A stretch of 64,000 nucleotides of DNA from the NCBI GenBank assembly GCA_965198945.1, contig CBDAQI010000013.1, forward strand, positions 32,001-96,000, given 5' to 3'. Below, in pieces: positions 54,412 to 64,000 of this stretch. The notes under the pieces were generated by a model. That model did no database searches. It worked only from the letters and a program-made list of their open reading frames with translations, and was not told the DNA's origin. Each line of letters begins with the position of its first letter. Position 1 is the stretch's first letter. A program made the translations under genes and the position numbers. The stretch is from Thermodesulfobacteriota bacterium (GTDB taxonomy: Bacteria > Desulfobacterota_D > UBA1144 > Nemesobacterales > Mycalebacteriaceae).

Positions 54412-55644
54412 CTAAGCTCCAAATTTGGAGAGCCGTTCCGCATGTGCCAGAGCAAGGGGCATTATATCAACTGACTTTATTATTCCAAGCTCTCCGTTAC
54501 GGCAGTCAATTTCATTAAAATATCTCACTCCCCCGATGCTGAAGCGCGATTTTATTAAAAGAGGAACGGGGTGCCAGCTGTGAGAAGACATCAGGGCGGG
54601 AGTGGAGTGATCTCCGGTTACTATGAGAACATCGGGGTTGAGAGCGAGCAGGCGCGGCAGAAATTTATCAAACTCCTCTATGGCTTTCTTTTTCTCACTG
54701 AAGTTTCCGTCCTCCCCGTGTCTGTCAGTGGATTTAATGTGCATATAAACAAAATCATAATCGAGGAAAACTTTTTCCGTCTGTGCGACAATCTTCCCGG
54801 TCCCCACTCCCGCGGGGTCTGTTATGTCCATTTTTACAATTCCGGCAACTCCCCGGTACATCGGATAAGCCGCCACGCATGCGGCCCGCAGGCGGTATAT
54901 CTCTCCGAACGATTCCAAGTCGGGAAGTGTGGAAAACCCCCTCAGAAGCGCGCAGTTGGCATTTTTTCTGTTTTTCAAAATATCCCGCACTTTTTCAGAA
55001 AATTTCTGAGCCGTCCGTGCGGCGGAAATGGTTTTTTTGTTTTTACTTCCGGTTTTTAAGGGAGCGGGAGCAACGCCCTCTTTTTGAGGGTCTGTGTCGC
55101 AAATTTGCTCCGCATCGGGAACCGGTTGCGGGAATTGAAAGACGACGGCGAATCTGTGCTCAACTCCCGGATGCATTTTAATTTTCACATTGCCGATTTT
55201 TTTTATTGAATCCGATATTTGTGAAACCAGAGCGGCGCTTTGTTCGGTTGATATTCTTCCCGCTCTTCTGTCAGTGAGCACCGGCTTCCCGTTTTTTATT
55301 TCAACATTGGCAAAATTCCCCCTCGCAACCATGTCGTTTTCGCCGATTTCCAAGCCCAGACCGACCGCCTCAACAACGCCCCTGCCGACTTTGAAACTGA
55401 GCGGGTCGTAACCGAAAAGTCCCAGATGAGCAGCCCCGCTGCCAGGCGTGATGCCCGGCGCCACAGGTGTGTGAAAACCGAGTGATGACAAGGGGGCTAT
55501 GCAGTCAAGATTCGGTGTTTTCGCAATTTGGAGTTCCGTCTTGTTTGTTGCCGGCAGACCGCCGAGACCGTCAAGCACACACATAAGTATTTTTGAATGT
55601 GATTCAACCGACAGTTCCCGCATCAGAGAATGCATGTCAGACAA
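54412..55644 (-). CDS. apgM: 2,3-BPG-independent phosphoglycerate mutase, ApgM (archaeal) type
   Basis: LDGLGG, TPGSG.AHL.LFGYDP, TGDHSTP, HSWHPVP. Confidence 0.92.
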   Translation of the reverse strand: MSDMHSLMRELSVESHSKILMCVLDGLGGLPATNKTELQIAKTPNLDCIAPLSSLGFHTPVAPGITPGSGAAHLGLFGYDPLSFKVGRGVVEAVGLGLEIGENDMVARGNFANVEIKNGKPVLTDRRAGRISTEQSAALVSQISDSIKKIGNVKIKMHPGVEHRFAVVFQFPQPVPDAEQICDTDPQKEGVAPAPLKTGSKNKKTISAARTAQKFSEKVRDILKNRKNANCALLRGFSTLPDLESFGEIYRLRAACVAAYPMYRGVAGIVKMDITDPAGVGTGKIVAQTEKVFLDYDFVYMHIKSTDRHGEDGNFSEKKKAIEEFDKFLPRLLALNPDVLIVTGDHSTPALMSSHSWHPVPLLIKSRFSIGGVRYFNEIDCRNGELGIIKSVDIMPLALAHAERLSKFGA

Positions 55645-56434
55645 TGGCTGCGCCTCCGGAGTTTTTTATTTGAAAAACCGCCCCGTCCCTTGCGGGCTCC
55701 ACATTTTCGGGAAGGATTCCGTTCAGTTCAAAATAGTCCATATCGCAACTCATATGGGTCAACACGGCCCTTTTGGGGGCGAGATTTTTTATTTGTTCAA
55801 GGGTTTGCTCAAGATTGAAATGTGCCGGGTGCGGACTGTATCTTAAAGCGCCTATTATCAGAAGTTCAAGATTTATGAGTTTTTTTTCCGATTCGGACGG
55901 GATACCGTTGCAGTCTGTCAGGTAGGCGAAGTTTCCTATCCTGTAGCCGAGTATATTCCAAGTGCCGTGTTTGATTTTTACGGGGAAAACCCTTATCCCC
56001 GATATGGAAAAATCCCCGTTTACTTCCTTCAGATGAAGATTGGGCCTTTTCTGTTCAGGGGTTTGCTCTCCGAAAATATAGCTGAAGTTTCTCCTCAGGT
56101 TTTGGGCTGTTTCGTGATTTGCGTAGCATTCTATTGCATGTTTGCCGAATCTCGTAAACGGTTTAAGGTCATCTATGCCGTTTGTGTGGTCGGCGTGTGA
56201 GTGCGTGTATAGAACCGCGTTTACTCGTGAGAAACCTTCGCGCAGCGCCTGTTTTCTCAAATCGGGCGAAGTGTCTATGAGGATGTTGATACCTCCGGTT
56301 TCCACAAGCACCGAACTTCTGGTTCGCTTGTTTTCTCGTGCCTGTGAACTGCAAACCGGACAGTCGCATCCGACAACCGGAACTCCGGTTGATGTTGCGC
56401 ATCCCAGAACTGTCACTTTAATCTGATTGCTCAA
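55637..56434 (-). CDS. MBL-fold phosphodiesterase (PhnP-like)
   Basis: GVP.VGC.CPVC, R.RSS, THSHADH, YLTD. Confidence 0.9.
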   Translation of the reverse strand: MSNQIKVTVLGCATSTGVPVVGCDCPVCSSQARENKRTRSSVLVETGGINILIDTSPDLRKQALREGFSRVNAVLYTHSHADHTNGIDDLKPFTRFGKHAIECYANHETAQNLRRNFSYIFGEQTPEQKRPNLHLKEVNGDFSISGIRVFPVKIKHGTWNILGYRIGNFAYLTDCNGIPSESEKKLINLELLIIGALRYSPHPAHFNLEQTLEQIKNLAPKRAVLTHMSCDMDYFELNGILPENVEPARDGAVFQIKNSGGAAIV

Positions 56435-56509
56435 TTTCTTCCGCCGTCTTGCGGACGGCTCCGCTCATAAATAGAATGTGAAATATACTGCACCACGGAG
56501 TCTTTTCAT

Positions 56510-58202
56510 ATGGGCGCAAACTTTGAAATAGCCCGTCTTTTTTCAGAAATAGCTTCAATGCTTGAGATTGGCGGCGACAATCCCTTCAAAATAAGAGCCT
56601 ATAGAAAAGCCGCTGATTTGATAAATGATCTGGACGGAGAACTTTCTGAAATGTTTCCGGACGGGTGGAATTTCACCTCAATTGACGGAATAGGAAAAGA
56701 AATGTCATTGAAAATAAACGAGTTTTTTGACACCGGAGAAATTCAATATCACAAAGAAATGTTATCCAAGGTCGGTCGCGGGCCGCTTGAAATGTTGAAA
56801 CTCAGAGGCATGGGACCTAAAACGGTGCGTCTTTTCTGTGAAGCGGGCATAAAGTGCATTGATGACCTTGAGCGCCTAATTCATCAAAACGAAGGGATTG
56901 AAGGCATACGGGGCATAGGGAAAAAGAAAGCCGGCAGTATTTTGGAAGCGGTCCGTTTTTACAAAGAAAATCTTTCCTCTCACAGCCTTGGTGTGGGAAT
57001 TGCAGCGGCGAATTTTTTGTGCGGTGAGATTTCAGGCATTGACGGTGTGACATGCGTGCGCCCCGTTGGCCGCTTGAGGAGAATGTGTGAAACCGTTTCT
57101 GAAATTGAACTGCTTATTTCATTTGAAAACACCGAAGGCGTGAAGGGTGAATCCAAATTTTTCAAATGCCTTTCAGAGCTTCCGGGCATGGTCGGCGTTG
57201 AAAAAATTGAGGACGCACGGTTCACAAAAGCTTTTGTTTTTAACTCTAATGTCAAAATAAAAACCGTTGTCTATCTGACCGGACTTGAGAGTTTTTCGCT
57301 CAACCTTGTTCGGCTTACGGGTTCGGACTCTCACTGGAAAAAACTTTCATCTCTCAAAAATGAAGGTGTATCCGCAAGCGCCGCGAGTGAGGAAGATATT
57401 TATTCCGGTCTGGGGCTCTCTTTTATCCCCCCTGAGCTCCGGGAAGACAAAGGTGAAATTGAAGCCGCAAAATGCGGCGGCCTTCCGAGGCTTGTTCAGC
57501 TTTCTGATATCAGAGGAGACCTTCACACCCATACGGATTGGAGTGACGGCAGAGACTCGGTGGAGCAAATGGCGGCCGCGGCGCGGGAAATGGGTTATGA
57601 ATACATCGCACTTACGGATCATTCCCCTTCATCAAGCGTCGCAAACGGGCTTAGTGTGGACAGGCTCTTTTTGAAGGCCGAAGAAGTGAAAAAAGTCAAC
57701 TCGCGTCCGGATGGGGTGAAAATTCTCATGGGCGCTGAAGTTGACATCAAACCGGACGGTTCTCTTGATTATCCGGATGATATTCTTTCAGAGCTTGATT
57801 TTGTGACGGCGTCCATTCACAGCTCTTTTTCACAAGACTCCCGCTCTGTCACAAAAAGAGTTGTGCGCGCTCTTGAAAATCCTTTTGTGCATGCTCTCGC
57901 GCCACCCGACGGCCAGAATCATAGGCAGACGCGCTCCGTGTAAATTAGATATGGAAAAAGTTGCCGATGCGGCTCTGCAAAACGGCAAGGCTCTTGAAAT
58001 AAACTCTTCGTGTGACAGGCTTGACCTCAAAGATGAGCATGTGTTTCTCGCCGTTCGAAAAGGTGTTAAACTTATAGTTTCAAACCGATTCCCACGCCGC
58101 CCGGCAGCTTGGAACAATGGTGTGCGGAGTGGCGGTTGCAAGGCGCGGCTGGGCGCGCGCCGCTGATTTTCTCAATACTCTGTCTCTTCAGGATTTGCTT
58201 CA

Positions 58203-58224
<22 letters not shown>
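56510..58224 (+). CDS. polX: PolX-PHP protein with a non-canonical polymerase site (frameshifts near 57900 and 58083)
   Basis: NPFKIRAYR, HhH motifs, IPPELRE, PHP motifs GDLHTH..SDG, TDHS, HPT, TDSH; the last frame ends ARRGW...LKKHG*. Confidence 0.9.
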
Positions 58225-60259
<2,035 letters not shown>

Positions 60260-60275
60260 AAGTCAGGCGCCGGTT

Positions 60276-61592
60276 CTACCGTATTTCTTTTTTGGCCTCC
60301 GTAAGATTTTTTGTTATCCGGCTCTCAACCCAGAAAAGATCCCACCATTCAAGAGGTTCAACCGGCACGCCTCCGATATAAATGCCGAAATGCAGATGGT
60401 CCCCGAACGCGAGGCCCGTTGCTCCTGTGTTTCCTATTTTGTCTCCTTTGAGAACGCTGTCTCCCCTTTGAGCGATCATTGAGCTCAGGTGTGCATAGAG
60501 TGTCGCCACTCCCATTCCGTGGTCTATTATCAGAGTGTTTCCGTATATGCCGAGTTCATCGGAAAAAACAACAACACCGTTGTTTGCCGCGCGAACGGGA
60601 TTTTTTCTCTCCGAAGCCAGGTCATAACCAAGGTGGTCTTGCTCGTCTATCAACTCGCCTTCAAAAAAGTATTTCCTTTTTTCAAACTGAGACTGCAAAG
60701 CTCCGACAGGTCTTATAAACGGCCCTTCCCACATTATCTTGTCCGCTGATAGACTGATTACTTTGTCTATTTTTTCATTGTTAAGCCGGCGGATTTGATT
60801 GTTGATCATAATGAAAGTTTCTTTGAGCGAAACATTTTCCGAGTCATTCACGAGGGGAACCATTTTCATTCTGATAAATCTCTCGGTCACATCAATATTC
60901 AGTTCCGGAAAAATTTTTTCTTTCAATCTGTAACTGATTGGGAGGTTTCTTCTGTTTCCTATGGAATCGGTTGCGGTGATGAGTACGGTCTCGCCTTCGG
61001 GGAAATTATAGGGATAGGAGAAAAACGCTATGCGGATATTTTCATCGGGGAATTCCGCCTCCGTCCCGGCTTTGTAACCCTTGAAGAATTTGTCTCCTAT
61101 CTTTACGCCGCTCTGCTGGGAGTCAGGGGAAACTTTGTAAACAACAACAGCCGAGCCCCCCCTGGATATATTTTCAGTTCCGGACAAAACAATTATCTTG
61201 GGCGGAGACAAATCAGCGACTATGTTTTTTATTCTGGTTGCCGATGACTTGCCAAAATTCAGCGGGCCTCCGTAAGACTCCGCAACGGCTTTGATTTGAC
61301 CGGGGCCGTCTTCAATGCCTGCAAACGGGTTCAAAGAGACTTTTATTGTGTCTTCATCAACACCCTCGTCATACTGTTTGCTTTTAAGCAAAAGGGTTTT
61401 GTCTTCCCCGATGTAGGAAACCTGAACACTTTTCAAACCTTTGCCGCTTCCGGAAAACTTTATGCTGAAAGGCTGTCTGCCCACGGTTTCAGACTCTTCA
61501 ATGAATCCGACGGTGGTTTCTTCAAAACATGAACGCAGACCGAATACCGCGACAGCAAGAGCTACAACTATCAAGAGGATTTTTTTTATCAT
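60276..61592 (-). CDS. M23-family metallopeptidase
   Basis: N-terminal anchor, HLGYD, IIDHG, LYAHL, TG....DHLHF. Confidence 0.92.
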   Translation of the reverse strand: MIKKILLIVVALAVAVFGLRSCFEETTVGFIEESETVGRQPFSIKFSGSGKGLKSVQVSYIGEDKTLLLKSKQYDEGVDEDTIKVSLNPFAGIEDGPGQIKAVAESYGGPLNFGKSSATRIKNIVADLSPPKIIVLSGTENISRGGSAVVVYKVSPDSQQSGVKIGDKFFKGYKAGTEAEFPDENIRIAFFSYPYNFPEGETVLITATDSIGNRRNLPISYRLKEKIFPELNIDVTERFIRMKMVPLVNDSENVSLKETFIMINNQIRRLNNEKIDKVISLSADKIMWEGPFIRPVGALQSQFEKRKYFFEGELIDEQDHLGYDLASERKNPVRAANNGVVVFSDELGIYGNTLIIDHGMGVATLYAHLSSMIAQRGDSVLKGDKIGNTGATGLAFGDHLHFGIYIGGVPVEPLEWWDLFWVESRITKNLTEAKKEIR

Positions 61593-61706
61593 TGTTCTTT
61601 CCCGAAATATGAATCCGGATTTCTATTGTGCGTTGATTCGGACACTATATTATAGTATGGGCGGTTATTGTAAAGATTGGGCCGAGTTCCCGCCGGGCAT
61701 TTGAAA

Positions 61707-64000
61707 ATGAGTCGTATTGATACTTTTTTTATGAGTTTTCTTGTTGTTTTATTTTCAGCCGCAGCGGCTCTTTATGTAGACGCTCTTCCGGTCTCCGCGC
61801 AGTCTGAAACTTTTCTCAAAGACACCGTTGAAAGAAAACTTAAAGAAGCCCTTCCCGGCTTTGAAATCTCGGTCTCTCAAGTGAATATCTTAAATGACAA
61901 GGGGTTTGAGCTTAAAGATTTGAAAGTCTTCAGTGAGGGTGAAAAGGTTGCCGAGGCTGCATCAGTTTCCGTGGGTTACGGCTCCATTCTCTCATATGTG
62001 CTTTTTGAGAATTTTTTCTTGCCTCCGCGGATTGAAATTGAGGGTCTTCGGATGTCAATCTCATCTGAAAAGCGAAAACTTCTTTCTTCTCTCCGGTTTC
62101 CGGAAAATGAGACCTCAGAAGAGGGAACACCCCCCGTACCGCCGGTCAGTCTTCCGAAAATAAAAATCACGGATTCGGTTTTTAGTTTTGGCGGCACAAG
62201 CGCCGTGGTCCGCCGTGCTGAGATTTCGTTTGTAAGAGAGGAAGACTCCGGAGAATTACAAATCCGTTTGAGAGACGGGGATATTTCACTGCCCGGTTTC
62301 AATGTTTCAGTCAGCGGCTTTTTGCTTGACTCAAAAATTCTCTCCGTTTCCAAAAGGATGCAATTAAAAGATCTGTCCGGCGGCGGAACTCTTGAGACAT
62401 CTCGCGGAAAAGCACGGATGGAGTTCGGCATTTCAATTCCTGAGGAGGAAATAAACGCTTTTTGGCAGGGGCGGCTGTCTTTGTCGGAAATAAAGTTTTT
62501 GAAACGGGAAAGCAGCCTGTCTTTTGATTCCGTCACTTTTTGGAAAGACGGCTCCGTTTCAGTTTCGGGCGGCGCACGGTGGGGAACTTTGACTTCCCGG
62601 ATCAAAGCTGGAATAGACGCCGCCACAGATGGACAGCTGATCCCCGACCTGAATGAAAGTGATTTTGAAATTGAGTTTGACTTCTCAAAAGACAAACTGC
62701 CTCTCGGAAGCGTGAAGTTTATCGGGTCGTCAAAAAAAGAAGACGGTCTGTTGGCAGTCTCCGGCGGTATTCCCGAAGACTACCCGGGCAGGCTGGACTT
62801 TTTTGGGGTGGGTGAAGCTCTTTCAGATTTCAGATTTAAAGTTTTTTTTAACGGGCGCAATATTGATTCGGGCGCATTGTCCGTTGAGTCTCCGAAGTCT
62901 TTTATAAAGACGGATTTTCAGACATCAAACGGGAATTTGAAAGCGAATTACAAAATTGAATTTGAAGATGTTTTCTATGTTTCCGGTGTGTCGCGTTTTT
63001 TCCGGCCCTATTCGGTTTCCGGGGCATTCAAATCTTTTGGCAGAATTGAGAAAAAAGACGGATCAAAAATTTTTCTCAGCGGCAATGCCCGAATGAAAAA
63101 CTTTTCCGCAACAATTCTGAAAAGACTGCACATTGAAGAGGGAAATTTTAATTTCAGTCTGCCGCTTGAGGATTTTTCAATGGAGGAGCTGCTTTTCAAT
63201 TCTTCAATGGAGGGTGTCTCTTATGAGGAAGCTTTTGCCGAGGAATTGGATTTCAGTTTCACAAGGGGCGGTGTCCGGATGAAATTCGGGTTTGAGGAAT
63301 CCGGGGTTTTTGAGATCGCCTCGTTGCTTGGCAGGGAAAATGGAAACCTTTATGCGGATGTGAAAAAAATTGATATAAAGAGGAAAGGTTCCGGCATGGA
63401 GCTTTTTAGAGATTTTCGAGTTGCAATTTCAGAAAAAATGATTGAGGTTGGCAGATTTACTCTTTTCGGAAAAAAAGGAACCTATTTTAGTTTCTCCGGT
63501 TTTTATAAAAGAAGAGAAACAAAGCCGGAATTGAATATTAACGCCGATTTTGTGCGTTTTGACACAACGCTGCTTGAAATTTTTCATCCGCCCTTAAAAC
63601 ATTACAAAGGTTTGTTTTCGGGCAAAATTATTGCGGACGGCCCGGTGGATTTTCCGGTTGTCAATGTTGATCTTAATTATACAAGCGAACCCTTGGGGCG
63701 CGGGCCGGGCTCTCCATTGTTCGCGCCGCTTTTTCAAAACGTTTTTCGGTCAATCTGTCAATTGAGAATGAATCCGGGAGTTTTCTCAATATTGATGGCG
63801 GCGTTTCTCCGACGGGTGAAGGACCTTATGAAATCACTGAGTTTCTGCGCGAGCCCTCAAACTACGATTTAATTTTGAAAGCGAACAAGTTCAGCGTCAG
63901 GCCCGTTCGTTTTCTTTCCGAGAAAATTCAGAATCTTGACGGTCTTTTCAGCGGCGATTTGTCCGTTTTCAACAACAAAGACGGTTTCTCCGTAAGCGGA
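61707..64000 (+). CDS. Large beta-rich AsmA/TamB-like protein (frameshift near 63700, runs off the window)
   Basis: N-terminal hydrophobic anchor, alternating hydrophobic beta pattern; a second frame is open from ~63700 to the window end. Confidence 0.55.

Overview
Bacterial chromosomal window (about 45-48% GC by eye) that is mostly housekeeping: obgE, recF, ileS, an aceE/aceF/lpdA/lipB pyruvate dehydrogenase cluster, metH, thrC-moaD, dnaK-grpE-dnaJ, a long minus-strand run yceD-rpmF-fabD-fabG-acpP-fabF-acnA-icd-mdh-sdhCAB-sucC, nfeD/SPFH, tRNA-Leu(GAG), polX-ligA. Secreted ankyrin-repeat proteins and the overall gene content suggest a host-associated, deltaproteobacteria-like lineage such as a sponge-associated Ca. 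Dadabacteria; this is inference only. Signals the ORF track does not explain: (1) a heavily structured ~320-nt non-coding region (105-428) with its own promoter-like and terminator-like signals that matches no RNA family I can recognise, the best candidate for something new; (2) a canonical-looking XerCD dif site (8153-8180) directly behind recF; (3) three capped, 34-aa-repeat, DARPin-like ankyrin proteins; (4) a PolX that has lost its catalytic aspartates; (5) a Cdc48/VCP ATPase overlapping pilD. Many genes, including essential ones, carry 1-bp frameshifts, mostly in homopolymers. These are most simply sequencing or assembly errors, so frameshift-based claims need caution. I saw no CRISPR array, integrase, transposase or rRNA.
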